Positions 38,710-49,023 of a stretch of 64,000 nt of DNA are shown here, in pieces. Every line of letters starts with the position of its first letter. Position 1 is the first letter of the stretch. The notes below the pieces were generated by a model. It was not told the origin of the DNA. It ran no database searches and worked only from the letters and a program-made list of their open reading frames with translations. Made by a program: the position numbers and the translations under genes. The DNA is from an uncultured Pseudomonadales bacterium (GTDB taxonomy: Bacteria > Pseudomonadota > Gammaproteobacteria > Pseudomonadales > UBA7239), in contig CAZDWC010000002.1 in assembly GCA_964509075.1 (NCBI GenBank), forward strand, positions 320,638-384,637, read 5' to 3'.

Positions 38710-40953
38710 TCAGGCCGGCTGCCTGTCCTTTTGTTGGGCACCCTGTTGCGCAGCATCAAAACGCGCCTGCAAAACCTGCTGTACTGACGGTGCTGCCGGG
38801 CTCGCGCAATACCAGGCGATCTGCAAGCGCTCCTGTTGCTCGCGGCGATTGCCAGCGTTCTGGCCCAGCCCCTGCTGCAGGCGGCGCATCTGGAAGTCAC
38901 GCCGACGCTGGCGATCTTCATCCGGCGTCTCGGCATCCATCAGGATTTCCAGCTCAATGCACAGCTCGCGCAGCTGCTCTTCGCTGACCACATAATCGGG
39001 CTGTTCTCCAGCCTGCGCGGCAGCGAGAGCCTGCTGGCGGCGCTTCTCGATTGCCTGTTCCCACTCGGCAGGCAATGACATCTGCTGCCACTGCTCCTGC
39101 ACAGCCGCAAGCGCTGGCGCCGTTGCCTGCTGCTCGAGCTGCGCGCAGAGCCGAGCGCGTCGCGCCAGCTCCTGCACTTGCGCCTCGCGCTGACGCTTGT
39201 TGATCCCTGCCAATTGGTCGCGGTAGCGATCACAGGCGGTATAAAACTGCTTCTTGAGAAACATTTGTGATTTTTCCGGAATATCCGTGATTGCCTTGTA
39301 CTCCGCCTGCAAACGATCAAATTCCGCACCACTCTGCGCCAGATCGGCATCACTTAACGCCGCAAGCGCAGCGATGCTCTCGCACAATTGCTTGGCTCTA
39401 TCGACATTGTCGTGTTGCGCCTGACGTTGCTGCTGCTGATTTTCCCGGCGGCGATCAAATACACGTGCCGTCTGTTCCTGCAACTGCTGCCACAACTTCT
39501 GGTCTTCATGACGACGTGTGAGTCCGATCTGCTTCCATTGTTCCTGCAACTGCCGCACACGTTCGGCCGCTTTGTCCAGATCATTCATGGATGCAATGTT
39601 TTTTGCTGCTTCCACCAACTGACGCTTCTTGTCTTCGTTGTTTTTCTGTTCAGTCAGCAACTTGTCATTGATGGCGGCCATGGCACTGTCAAAGCGTGCA
39701 CGAATGCCTTTTTCTTCGCCGCGCTCCACCGGATGAAAATCATGAAATTCCTGCCGGGCTTTTTCCAGAATGCGCGCCACGGCTTTCCAGTCAGCTCTCT
39801 CCCAGTTTTGCGCCGCATGGAACTGCTCCAGCGCATCGCAGATAGCCTGGCGCTGCTGCAGGTTAAAAGCGCGCAACTGCTTTTCCTTGTCAAAGTATGC
39901 GGCACACGGCTCCCAGGCACGATCCGAAGCCTGCTTGAAACGCTCCCATAGCGCCTGCGCCTGTTTGCCGGTGGGAGGCTTGGTGGCACGCCACTGGTTC
40001 TGCAACTCGCGAACGGCATCCGCTTTCTGTTGTGGAGGCAAAGCGGTATCGATCAGTTTCTCCATCGCGGCACACAGCTCTTCCAGCTTGGGCAAGGCTG
40101 CAAATGCCTGCCAATCCTGCAGCTCGCGCAACTGCCCTGACAACAGATGCAGCTTTCCGTCAAACGCATGCACATGCTTCTGGTCCAGTTTTTTTACGTT
40201 ATCCCGCGCGCGATCATGCAGCTCGCGCGCTTTTTTGGCATCGGCGTTATCAATAGCCACCTCGAGTTGCGCCAACTGCTGCTGCAGATTCCGGGAAACC
40301 TCCTGTTGCTGCGCGTCATGTTTCGCACGATCGGTTTGTGACTGCTGTTGCTGCGCAGCAGCCACCTCGACAAGCACCTGCTGCTGCTCGACAAACTGCG
40401 CTTTTGCCGCAGCGTCTGCCGCCGCACGTGCAAGCTTTTGCTCCTGTCGTTCCGCCTCGGCCGCCGCCTCTGCTGCCAGTTGCTGCAGCAAAGCCTGAGC
40501 GGCTTGCTGTATGTTCTGACACTGCACGATCGCCGCCTGTACACGTGCAGCGACATCCGCATTCACATCCAGCAACAACTGCCACTGCTGCTGCAGATGT
40601 GCCAGTTCACTGTCAAACAGTGGATGATGCTGCAAGCGCGCCAGCGTCTCCAGGCGCCCACAGATTTTCTCCTGTTTCTCGCGCTGCTGCTGTTGCTGTT
40701 TTTCCTGTTCGCGCAAAAACTGCAGACGTTCCCGCACTTGGCGATTGGTTTTCTTATCCAGCTTGTCGCTGTTTTTGACCAGCTGATGCAGCAACTCGGC
40801 GTCAGTGAGCGTGTCGATGGCAGCACCGCCGGTGAGCTGTTGCAACAGGGAGGGCGTTTCAGGGCGCGGCACTCGAGGAGCCTGCTCGGCAACAGCCGCT
40901 TGGCTGGCTGGTTTTTGTTGTGAATCTTTGCGTTTGAACAGCTTGCTGAACAT
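38710..40953 (-). CDS. DUF349 repeat protein
   Basis: Start at internal Met (MFSKLFKRKD...). About 747 aa, highly helical Q/A/E/R-rich, with recurring W(K/R)xxxxxxxxxxxxLW(E/Q)RF-type units (e.g. QNQWRATKPPTGKQAQALWERFKQASD). Divergent from dinG. Confidence 0.7.
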   Translation of the reverse strand: MFSKLFKRKDSQQKPASQAAVAEQAPRVPRPETPSLLQQLTGGAAIDTLTDAELLHQLVKNSDKLDKKTNRQVRERLQFLREQEKQQQQQREKQEKICGRLETLARLQHHPLFDSELAHLQQQWQLLLDVNADVAARVQAAIVQCQNIQQAAQALLQQLAAEAAAEAERQEQKLARAAADAAAKAQFVEQQQVLVEVAAAQQQQSQTDRAKHDAQQQEVSRNLQQQLAQLEVAIDNADAKKARELHDRARDNVKKLDQKHVHAFDGKLHLLSGQLRELQDWQAFAALPKLEELCAAMEKLIDTALPPQQKADAVRELQNQWRATKPPTGKQAQALWERFKQASDRAWEPCAAYFDKEKQLRAFNLQQRQAICDALEQFHAAQNWERADWKAVARILEKARQEFHDFHPVERGEEKGIRARFDSAMAAINDKLLTEQKNNEDKKRQLVEAAKNIASMNDLDKAAERVRQLQEQWKQIGLTRRHEDQKLWQQLQEQTARVFDRRRENQQQQRQAQHDNVDRAKQLCESIAALAALSDADLAQSGAEFDRLQAEYKAITDIPEKSQMFLKKQFYTACDRYRDQLAGINKRQREAQVQELARRARLCAQLEQQATAPALAAVQEQWQQMSLPAEWEQAIEKRRQQALAAAQAGEQPDYVVSEEQLRELCIELEILMDAETPDEDRQRRRDFQMRRLQQGLGQNAGNRREQQERLQIAWYCASPAAPSVQQVLQARFDAAQQGAQQKDRQPA

Positions 40954-41103
40954 GCTATCTGGCCTGTAACGTAGCTTTCCGTGGACGGCCATTCTACCGC
41001 TCACAGGCGGGCGCACAATCGCCCCCGGCACAGGATGTGCGGCGTTTCACTTGTTGGCGCCGGATGCTGTTTGTAACATGCTCCACTGCCCGCAGGAATT
41101 GTC

Positions 41104-43245
41104 GTGCTCACCGAATCGCAAAAGTCCACCATCCAGACCGCCTACTCCCGCTTCCTTGAACAGAAAGGCTTGCAGGCGCGTCAAGGCCAGAAGCTGATGA
41201 TCGCCGCCGTCGCCCGCTGCATTGCTGGTGTAGAGCGGGATGCCGAAGGCCTGCGCATTGCCGACGACCCGGATGACGGAACGCATCTCTGCGCCGTGGA
41301 AGCCGGCACCGGCACCGGCAAAACCGTCGCCTATGCACTGGCAGCCATCCCTCTGGCAAAGGCACTGGACAAGACGCTGGTAATCTCGACGGCAACGGTT
41401 GCCCTGCAGGAACAGATCGTACTGAAAGATCTGCCAGATCTGCGCCGCCACAGCGGACTCGACTTCAACTATGCGCTGGCCAAAGGGCGCGGTCGTTATG
41501 CCTGCGTCTACAAGCTGGATTTCCAGCTCGCACATGGCAGTGGCGAGGCCGGCGGCACACAGGCACTGTATCCCGATGAGCGCGACGCACTGCTGCCGGA
41601 AAAATCCCTCGCGCTGTACCAGCATTTTCTCGACGGCCTCGGTGCCGGCACCTGGGACGGTGACCGCGACAACTGGCAACAGGCCGTCGACGATGAAGAC
41701 TGGCAGCGGCTGACCACCGACCACAGCCAGTGCACAGGCAGGCGCTGTGCCTATGTCACGCAGTGCCCGTTTTTTCGTGCGCGCGAGAATCTGGTCGGCG
41801 CCGATGTCATCGTCGCCAATCACGATCTGGTGCTGGCTGACCTGGCACTCGGCGGCGGCGCGATACTCTCGGCACCAGAGCAATCCATCTATATCTTCGA
41901 CGAAGGCCACCATCTACCAGACAAGGCTCTGCAACATTTTGCTTCGCACAGCCGCGTACAGGGCAGCTTGCGCTGGTTGCAAAACACGGCAAAGCAAGTC
42001 TCGACCGTCGCCCAACTATTACACGATGTGGCCAGCGTGCAGACGCTGCTGCGACAGTGGCCGGAAACTGCGCACGCACTGGAACAGATACTGCAGCAAG
42101 CCGCACCACTGCTGGAAAATATTTTCAGCCTGCGCAGTGACGAGCGCGAAAAACAGTACCGGTTTCCCAATGGCCAGGTACCGGAGGCCTTGCGAGACAT
42201 TGCCGCACAGCTGGTCGAGTGCTGGCGCAAGACGGCAGATATTTTGCGCAATCTTTCTACCGCACTGGAACAGCAACTCGACAGTCGCAGCCCCGATCTC
42301 GCCCGAGAGGTGATTGAGCAGGCCTTCACGGCAACCGGCGGTTTGTGGCAGCGTTGTGCGCACAGCGAAACACTGTGGCGTGCGTACATGCACGAAGACA
42401 ATCCAGGCCAGCCACCCACAGCGCGCTGGCTCACGGTTTATGACAACGGCAGCACGATGGATATCGACGTATGCGCCAGCCCGGTGCTACCGGTGAATGT
42501 ATTGCAAACGCATTTATGGCAGCGCTGCTACGCAGCCATCCTGACTTCAGCCACGCTGACCGCTCTGGGAAAATTCGACCGCTTGCGCCAGCGCGCAGGT
42601 TTGCCTGCGAATACGGAATGCATGGTGGTACCCAGCCCCTTCCGCCACGCAGATGCAGCGCAACTGATTGTGCCGCCAGATGCCGTGGAAGGCGGCAACG
42701 CCGAGCAACACACGCAGGCCCTGATCGGTTTCATGCAAACCGGCGTTGACTTGCAGGAAGCGACACTGGTGCTGTTTGCTTCCCGGCGACAAATGCTGGA
42801 TGTCTACCAGGAAGTCACGCGCGACTATCGCCAAGCCATTTTGTTGCAGGACGATTACAGCAAACAGCAGTTGCTGCAATTGCATCGCGCACGCATCGAC
42901 CAGCAACAGCCCAGCATCATTTTTGGACTCGCCAGTTTTGCGGAAGGCGTTGATTTACCCGGCGCTTATTTGCGCCATGTCGTGATCGCCAAAATCCCGT
43001 TTGCACCGCCGGATGATCCGGTGGAACAAACATTGTCGGAATGGATAGAAACGCAGGGCGGCAATGCCTTCATGCAAATTGCCGTGGCTGACGCCAGCTT
43101 TCGTCTGGTGCAGGCAGCGGGCCGCTTGCTGCGCACCGAAACCGATACCGGACGCATCACCATTTTTGATCGCCGCCTCATCAGTAAACGCTACGGCCGC
43201 GCATTGCTGGACAGCATGCCTCCCTACCAGCGCGTACTCGGTTAG
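41104..43245 (+). CDS. dinG: ATP-dependent DNA helicase DinG
   Basis: 713 aa, GTG start. Walker A EAGTGTGKT, Fe-S cysteine cluster (C..C..C), DEGHHL box. Confidence 0.9.
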   Translation: MLTESQKSTIQTAYSRFLEQKGLQARQGQKLMIAAVARCIAGVERDAEGLRIADDPDDGTHLCAVEAGTGTGKTVAYALAAIPLAKALDKTLVISTATVALQEQIVLKDLPDLRRHSGLDFNYALAKGRGRYACVYKLDFQLAHGSGEAGGTQALYPDERDALLPEKSLALYQHFLDGLGAGTWDGDRDNWQQAVDDEDWQRLTTDHSQCTGRRCAYVTQCPFFRARENLVGADVIVANHDLVLADLALGGGAILSAPEQSIYIFDEGHHLPDKALQHFASHSRVQGSLRWLQNTAKQVSTVAQLLHDVASVQTLLRQWPETAHALEQILQQAAPLLENIFSLRSDEREKQYRFPNGQVPEALRDIAAQLVECWRKTADILRNLSTALEQQLDSRSPDLAREVIEQAFTATGGLWQRCAHSETLWRAYMHEDNPGQPPTARWLTVYDNGSTMDIDVCASPVLPVNVLQTHLWQRCYAAILTSATLTALGKFDRLRQRAGLPANTECMVVPSPFRHADAAQLIVPPDAVEGGNAEQHTQALIGFMQTGVDLQEATLVLFASRRQMLDVYQEVTRDYRQAILLQDDYSKQQLLQLHRARIDQQQPSIIFGLASFAEGVDLPGAYLRHVVIAKIPFAPPDDPVEQTLSEWIETQGGNAFMQIAVADASFRLVQAAGRLLRTETDTGRITIFDRRLISKRYGRALLDSMPPYQRVLG

Positions 43246-43901
43246 AGAGTCGCCAGAAAGTCCGTAACAGCCAGTTTGATCTCCGGCAGCAAGCCATGAA
43301 AAAAATGACCGGCCTGCTGTCGACGCCACAAGGTCTTTCGCTGTGCAGCCAGCGTTTCATACCAGCGAAAAACTTCTGTGCTGTCGATGATTTCGTCATC
43401 CTCTCCCTGCAACAGCAACACCGGCACAGCAACTGCAACAATTGCATCCATCCCATAGCGCGGCACTGGTGGCGCCGCCAGTATCAGCGCCTTGCATTCT
43501 TCAGTTTGTGCAAGCTGCGCAGCAAGCGCAGCACCGAAAGAAAAACCGGCCAGCACCAGCGGCATATAGCCGGCTTGCTCGCGCATCATCCGCAGCACAA
43601 GTTGCGCGTCCTCCAGCTCGCCTCGCCCCTGGTCGTGCACGCCCTCGCTGTTGCCAACACCACGACAATTGAAACGCACTACCGTAAAGCCGCTGTCGCG
43701 CAAGGCACGAGCGAGTGTAAACACCACCTTGTTGTCCATGCTGCCACCGTGCAGCGGATGCGGATGGCAGACCAGCGCCATACCACGCGCATCGTTCACG
43801 CCATTAACGAGTATCTCAAGCTGGCCCGAAGCGGCGTCAATGCAGAAACGACTTTCACGCTGCAACCACGCCGCAGCCATTTTCTCTTCATTTCCACGCA
43901 T
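43242..43901 (-). CDS. Alpha/beta hydrolase (COG2945-like)
   Basis: 219 aa. CHPHPLHGGSMDNKV, nucleophile elbow GFSFGA. Alternative start at Met-8 (43880). Stop overlaps the dinG stop. Confidence 0.75.
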   Translation of the reverse strand: MRGNEEKMAAAWLQRESRFCIDAASGQLEILVNGVNDARGMALVCHPHPLHGGSMDNKVVFTLARALRDSGFTVVRFNCRGVGNSEGVHDQGRGELEDAQLVLRMMREQAGYMPLVLAGFSFGAALAAQLAQTEECKALILAAPPVPRYGMDAIVAVAVPVLLLQGEDDEIIDSTEVFRWYETLAAQRKTLWRRQQAGHFFHGLLPEIKLAVTDFLATL

Positions 43902-43982
43902 GTATCACCACAAACCATTTTGTCTGTATGCCTGATTCCATTATCCTGCCACACAAACATCGAAACAAACCGGAGCGCAAAC

Positions 43983-44441
43983 ATGGACACCAGCAACCTG
44001 ATTCTTGTTGCCATCATCAGCGGCCTGCTCGGCGCTGTGGTGGGCGCATTCCTCATGTACTACGGCCGTCGCCTGGAGACACGCCAGCAGCTGGAAAATC
44101 GTCTGCAGGAAACCGAGAAACAGCTGAAGCAATACCAGAACCAGATGACAGAACACTTCACACACACAGCAGGGCTGCTGGGCAACATGACGCGCAATTA
44201 TCGCGACCTGCATGATTATCTGGCATCCAGCGCCCAGCAACTGGGCAATATCGACATTCAGCCTACACTGCTTAGCGACAGCAAGTCTGCCCCCATACTT
44301 GGCCAAGGGGCCGTTATCAATCCACCTCTTGATTACGCACCAAAAAAAGGCGAGGTGGGCACCTTGAGTGAGGCTTACGGTTTACGCGATGAAGCAGTAC
44401 GCAAACCACCTTCCGCTGCAGACAGCTATCCGGATGTCTGA
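43983..44441 (+). CDS. yhcB: YhcB (DUF1043) inner-membrane protein
   Basis: Internal ATG at codon 230 of the 43296 ORF. 152 aa. N-terminal TM, then EHFTHTAGLLGNMTRNYRDLHDYLASSAQQL, aligning with E. coli YhcB SHFARSAELLDTMAHDYRQLYQHMAKSS. Confidence 0.88.
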   Translation: MDTSNLILVAIISGLLGAVVGAFLMYYGRRLETRQQLENRLQETEKQLKQYQNQMTEHFTHTAGLLGNMTRNYRDLHDYLASSAQQLGNIDIQPTLLSDSKSAPILGQGAVINPPLDYAPKKGEVGTLSEAYGLRDEAVRKPPSAADSYPDV

Positions 44442-44459
44442 TCGAGACTTTTTAACCAC

Positions 44460-44489
44460 AAAAAAAGGCGCTCATTGAGCGCCTTTTTT
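44460..44489. terminator. Bidirectional rho-independent terminator between yhcB and the aminotransferase gene
   Basis: A7-GGCGCTC (44467..44473) loop ATT GAGCGCC (44477..44483)-T6. Confidence 0.8.
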
Positions 44490-44503
44490 AAGCTGTCGGG
44501 CAA

Positions 44504-45682
44504 TCAACCTGCAGCATAGACTGCCATCGCCGCACCGACTGCCTTGCCGGAATGGATTGGCGCTTTCATGTTGGTCAGCACCGCGTCCAAAGCACCGAGA
44601 CAGAACAGCACATTCTTCTGGTTGCAGGCAAAACCCATCAAACCAATTCGCCAAACCTTGCCGGCCAACGCACCTAAACCCGCACCGATTTCGAGACTGT
44701 ACTGCTGCAGCAGGGCATTGCGCACAGCCGCTTCATCCACACCTTCCGGAATAGTAACCGCATTCAACTGTGGCAGACGTTCAGCGGCAGGCACAACTAA
44801 TTGCAAACCCATTGCTTCGATACCAGCAACCAATGCCTTGTGATGATAACTGTGACGCGCCCAGGAATTTTCCAGACCTTCGTCCTTCAGAATAACCAGC
44901 GCTTCATGCAAGGCATAGAGAGCATTAATAGGCGCCGTGTGGTGATAGGCACGCTTGACGCCACCACCCCAGTAACCCATAACCAGATTCATGTCGAGAA
45001 ACCAACTCTGCACCTTGCTCTTGCGATTGCTGATCACTTCGACTGCACGTTCACTGAAGCTGACCGGTGACAGACCCGGCGTGCATGACAGGCATTTCTG
45101 CGTGCCGGAATAAATGGCATCAATACCCCAGTCATCCACGCGCAATTCACTGCCGCCGAGCGAAGTAACTGCATCCACAATCGTCAGGCAGTTGTATTTA
45201 CGCGCTATGGCACACAGCGTCTTGGCATCGGACAGGGCGCCAGTCGATGTTTCCGCATGTACGAATGCGACAATCTTTGTATCAGGATTGGCTTTCAGTG
45301 CATCTTCCAGTTTCTGCGGATCCACTGCACGACCCCAGGCATCTTCCACCATCACAGCAGTCGCGCCGCAACGCTCGACGTTCTCTTTCATCCGACCGCC
45401 GAATACGCCGTTCTGGCAAACAATCACTTTATCGCCTGGCTGTACCAGATTCACGAATGCCGCTTCCATGCCCGCCGAACCTGGCGCAGACACCGGCAGC
45501 GTCAGGCGGTTCTGTGTCTGGAAGGCGTACTGTGTCAGCTCCTTGATTTCATCCATCAGATGCACGAAAACCGGATCAAGGTGACCGATGGTCGGACGCG
45601 CCATCGCCTCCAGAATGCGTGGATTGACGTCAGAAGGGCCAGGGCCCATCAAGGTGCGTACCGGTGGATGAAATGATTGCAT
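44504..45682 (-). CDS. Class-V PLP-dependent aminotransferase (serine/alanine--glyoxylate aminotransferase family)
   Basis: Start at Met-11 (MQSFHPPVRTLMGPGPSDV...) preceded by GGAGAG. SGTQKCL lysine motif. Confidence 0.88.
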   Translation of the reverse strand: MQSFHPPVRTLMGPGPSDVNPRILEAMARPTIGHLDPVFVHLMDEIKELTQYAFQTQNRLTLPVSAPGSAGMEAAFVNLVQPGDKVIVCQNGVFGGRMKENVERCGATAVMVEDAWGRAVDPQKLEDALKANPDTKIVAFVHAETSTGALSDAKTLCAIARKYNCLTIVDAVTSLGGSELRVDDWGIDAIYSGTQKCLSCTPGLSPVSFSERAVEVISNRKSKVQSWFLDMNLVMGYWGGGVKRAYHHTAPINALYALHEALVILKDEGLENSWARHSYHHKALVAGIEAMGLQLVVPAAERLPQLNAVTIPEGVDEAAVRNALLQQYSLEIGAGLGALAGKVWRIGLMGFACNQKNVLFCLGALDAVLTNMKAPIHSGKAVGAAMAVYAAG

Positions 45683-45768
45683 GTGTCTCTCCCCAATGGT
45701 CTGTTTTGCCAAACACGCTTATTTCAAAAACTGATATTACGAGCGTGCCAATTTCCGGGATTTGAAAC

Positions 45769-45796
45769 AAAAACACCGGGCAAGCCCGGTGTTTTT
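45769..45796 (-). terminator. Rho-independent terminator after rplQ (end of the alpha operon)
   Basis: ACACCGGG (45773..45780) loop CAAG CCCGGTGT (45785..45792), flanked by A5 and T5 runs. Lies 16 nt past the rplQ stop. Confidence 0.7.
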
Positions 45797-45811
45797 GCTA
45801 GAGATCAACGC

Positions 45812-46222
45812 TTACTCAGCGCTGCTCTCTTCCGTATTGACGATATCCGCTTCTTTCACTTTTTCAGGACGATTCACCAGCTCGACATAAGCCATCGGCG
45901 CTTTGTCACCCGTGCGGAAACCGCACTTGATGATGCGCAGATAACCGCCGGGACGCGCTTCGTAACGCGGGCCGATTTCGCTGAACAATTTACCAACTAC
46001 GCTTTTGCTGCGCAGGCGGTTGAATGCCAGACGGCGATTGGCAACACTGTCTTTCTTCGCCAGTGTGATCAATGGCTCTGCGACACGACGCAATTCCTTG
46101 GCTTTAGGCAGAGTGGTCTTGATGATTTCGTGCTCAATCAAGGACGCAGCCATGTTGCGGAACATCGCGTGGCGGTGCGAGCTGGTGCGGTTCAGTTGAC
46201 GGCCGCTAAGTCTATGACGCAT
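45812..46222 (-). CDS. rplQ: 50S ribosomal protein L17
   Basis: [17 protein letters not shown]... canonical L17. Confidence 0.98.
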   Translation of the reverse strand: MRHRLSGRQLNRTSSHRHAMFRNMAASLIEHEIIKTTLPKAKELRRVAEPLITLAKKDSVANRRLAFNRLRSKSVVGKLFSEIGPRYEARPGGYLRIIKCGFRTGDKAPMAYVELVNRPEKVKEADIVNTEESSAE

Positions 46223-46272
46223 GGTGCTAACCCTTCACTTCGGTTCGGTGTACTTTCGTTTGCGAGAACAGA

Positions 46273-47280
46273 TCAGGCAGAAGCCTTGTCTTCGCCGCGC
46301 AAGCTGGCAGGCGGCCAGTTTTCGAGACGCATACCGAGAGACAATCCGCGTGATGCCAGAATATCTTTGATCTCGGTAAGAGATTTTTTGCCAAGGTTTG
46401 GCGTTTTCAGCAGCTCAACTTCAGTGCGCTGGATCAAATCACCAATGTAGTAAATATTTTCAGCTTTCAGACAGTTGGCAGAGCGAACTGTCAACTCCAG
46501 ATCGTCAACCGGACGCAGCAGGATAGGATCGACTTCTTCATGCTGCTTGGCAGGACGCGCTTCTTTTTCACTTTCCAGATCCACAAACACAGCAAGCTGC
46601 TGTTGCAGAATAGTTGCAGCACGGCGAATAGCTTCTTCAGGATTGATCGTGCCGTTGGTTTCCATGTCGATGATCAGTTTGTCGAGGTCAGTACGCTGTT
46701 CGACACGCGCACTCTCCACGACATAGGAAATACGGATCACCGGACTGAAAGATGCATCCAACTGCAAACGACCGATCGTGCGGTTCTCGTCTTCATCAGA
46801 CAAGCGATTATCAACCGGCTGGTAACCGCGACCACGCGTCACGATCAGACGCATGTTGATCGCGCCACTGGCACTATTGATATGGCAGATTACATGCTCG
46901 GGATTCTTGATTTCGACATCGCCGTCACCCTGGATATCGGCAGCGGTAACAACTCCATTGCCTTTTTTGTTCAGGGTCAGAACTGCACGATCCTTGTTGC
47001 CGTGCAAAACGACGGCAACGCCTTTGAGGTTGAGCAGGATTTCAATGACATCTTCCTGCACGCCGTTGATGGCGCTGTACTCGTGCAGCACACCATCGAT
47101 TTCGACTTCGACAATGGCACAGCCAGGCATGGAAGACAGGAGAATACGACGCAGCGCATTGCCCAGTGTATGACCGAAACCGCGCTCAAGCGGCTCCAGC
47201 ACCACCTTGGCACGCGTGGCAGATACTTGTTGCACATCAATGTGTCGCGGGGTCAACAATTCTGTAGCAGAGCTTTGCAT
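46273..47280 (-). CDS. rpoA: DNA-directed RNA polymerase subunit alpha
   Basis: 335 aa. [17 protein letters not shown] motif. Confidence 0.98.
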   Translation of the reverse strand: MQSSATELLTPRHIDVQQVSATRAKVVLEPLERGFGHTLGNALRRILLSSMPGCAIVEVEIDGVLHEYSAINGVQEDVIEILLNLKGVAVVLHGNKDRAVLTLNKKGNGVVTAADIQGDGDVEIKNPEHVICHINSASGAINMRLIVTRGRGYQPVDNRLSDEDENRTIGRLQLDASFSPVIRISYVVESARVEQRTDLDKLIIDMETNGTINPEEAIRRAATILQQQLAVFVDLESEKEARPAKQHEEVDPILLRPVDDLELTVRSANCLKAENIYYIGDLIQRTEVELLKTPNLGKKSLTEIKDILASRGLSLGMRLENWPPASLRGEDKASA

Positions 47281-47296
47281 GTTTACGTCCCTAGGC

Positions 47297-47917
47297 TTAC
47301 TTCGAGTACAGCTCGACGATCAAGCTTTCATTGATTTCAGATGAGAGGTCGCTGCGATCCGGTACACGCTTGAACTGACCCTCCATCTTGCCGGCATTCA
47401 GTTCCAGCCACTCGGATTGGCCGCGCTGAGCGGCAATTGCCATGGATGATTGAATGCGCAACTGGTTCTTGCTCTTCTCACGCACGGCGACTACATCGCC
47501 AGCCTGCACTTGATAAGAAGGAATGTTTACCGTGCTGCCATTAACTGTAATCGCCTTGTGCGATACCAGCTGACGCGCTTCAGCGCGGGTAGAACCAAAA
47601 CCCATGCGGTATACCACGTTATCCAGACGACACTCCAGCAAGCGCAACAGGTTTTCACCGGTGTTGCCCTTACGGCGTGCAGCTTCGGCATAATAGCTGC
47701 GGAACTGCTTTTCCAGCACACCGTAGATACGACGCACTTTCTGCTTCTCACGGAGCTGAACACCGTAGTCGGACAAACGTCCGCGACGCTGGCCATGCTG
47801 GCCTGGTGCAGTTTCCACCTTGCATTTGGATTCGAGCGGACGAACACCGCTTTTCAGCATCAGGTCAGTGCCTTCACGGCGTGACAGTTTGCACTTGGGA
47901 CCGATATATCTTGCCAT
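47297..47917 (-). CDS. rpsD: 30S ribosomal protein S4
   Basis: [19 protein letters not shown] canonical S4. Confidence 0.98.
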   Translation of the reverse strand: MARYIGPKCKLSRREGTDLMLKSGVRPLESKCKVETAPGQHGQRRGRLSDYGVQLREKQKVRRIYGVLEKQFRSYYAEAARRKGNTGENLLRLLECRLDNVVYRMGFGSTRAEARQLVSHKAITVNGSTVNIPSYQVQAGDVVAVREKSKNQLRIQSSMAIAAQRGQSEWLELNAGKMEGQFKRVPDRSDLSSEINESLIVELYSK

Positions 47918-47956
47918 CTTGACTCAGGCCTCTTGAATTCTTTGTCTGGTAACAGA

Positions 47957-48352
47957 TTAAACGCGACGTTTTTTCGGCGGACGGCAACCGTTGTGCGGGA
48001 TTGGCGTCACATCAACGATATTGCCAATCTTGTAGCCACAGTTGTTCAGCGCACGCACCGCAGATTCGCGACCAGGGCCCGGGCCCTTGACTTCAACGTC
48101 CAGATTTTTCAGGCCGTACTCCTGTGCCGCCTGACCTGCACGCTCTGCCGCCACCTGCGCAGCAAAAGGCGTGCTTTTGCGCGAACCGCGGAAGCCAGAA
48201 CCACCGGAAGTTGCCCAGCTCAGGGTGTTGCCCTGACGGTCGGTGATAGTGACGATGGTGTTGTTGAATGACGCATAGATATGCGCCACACCGTCAACCA
48301 CGGTTTTCTTGATTTTCTTGCGCGTTTTAGCAGCTGCTGATGGCTTTGCCAT
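47957..48352 (-). CDS. rpsK: 30S ribosomal protein S11
   Basis: [22 protein letters not shown] canonical S11. Confidence 0.98.
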   Translation of the reverse strand: MAKPSAAAKTRKKIKKTVVDGVAHIYASFNNTIVTITDRQGNTLSWATSGGSGFRGSRKSTPFAAQVAAERAGQAAQEYGLKNLDVEVKGPGPGRESAVRALNNCGYKIGNIVDVTPIPHNGCRPPKKRRV

Positions 48353-48420
48353 GTCTCTCTCGCCTGACTGTTACTGTCTGTGTTTACACGTTAACTATTG
48401 TGTTACAGATAGGGTTTCAA

Positions 48421-48777
48421 TTATTTCTTGATCGGTTTGCGCGGACCTTTACGCGTGCGCGCATTGGTCTTGGTGCGCTGACCGCGTACCGGCAAGCCCT
48501 TGCGATGACGCAGGCCGCGATAGCAACCCAGATCCATCAAGCGCTTGATGCTCATGCTCACTTCGCGACGCAAATCACCTTCAACCGTGTATTTGCCGAC
48601 TTCAGTGCGCAGCGTGTCAATCTGGGCTTCATTCAGAGTGCCAATTCGCACGCTCTCGGCGATACCGGCAGCAGCGCAAATCTTCTGGGCGCGGGTACGG
48701 CCAATGCCGTACACATAGGTCAATGCGATGACCGTGTGTTTGTTGTCAGGTACGTTGACACCTGCGATACGAGCCAT
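48421..48777 (-). CDS. rpsM: 30S ribosomal protein S13
   Basis: [14 protein letters not shown] canonical S13. Confidence 0.98.
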   Translation of the reverse strand: MARIAGVNVPDNKHTVIALTYVYGIGRTRAQKICAAAGIAESVRIGTLNEAQIDTLRTEVGKYTVEGDLRREVSMSIKRLMDLGCYRGLRHRKGLPVRGQRTKTNARTRKGPRKPIKK

Positions 48778-48883
48778 TATTCAGAAACTCCAGTTATAAA
48801 TCAGTATCTTGCAAAACGCTGCGAAGCCAGCCGGCCACACCCTGCAAAAAGGCGCGACAGATTAGCGTCGAAACCTCTGAAAA

Positions 48884-49000
48884 TCAACCTTGACGCTGCT
48901 TGTGACGCGGCTCAACGCTGCAAATCACTCGCAACACACCTTTGCGGCGTACAATCTTGCAACCGCGACACACTTTCTTGACTGATGCACGTACTTTCAT
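48884..49000 (-). CDS. rpmJ: 50S ribosomal protein L36
   Basis: 38-aa [38 protein letters not shown], at the end of a longer spurious ORF. Confidence 0.97.
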   Translation of the reverse strand: MKVRASVKKVCRGCKIVRRKGVLRVICSVEPRHKQRQG

Positions 49001-49023
49001 AATCTCGTCCTCGTTACCCGGTT

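Noticed and set aside
43296-43982. First 229 codons of the 381-aa ORF 43296..44441
   Set aside because: This part is antisense to the alpha/beta hydrolase gene and has no motifs. The recognisable YhcB sequence starts at the internal ATG 43983.
45736-45750. TGGCACG (minus strand) about 60 nt upstream of the aminotransferase gene, as a possible sigma-54 promoter
   Set aside because: The -12 position reads TAAT instead of TTGC, so only the -24 half matches.
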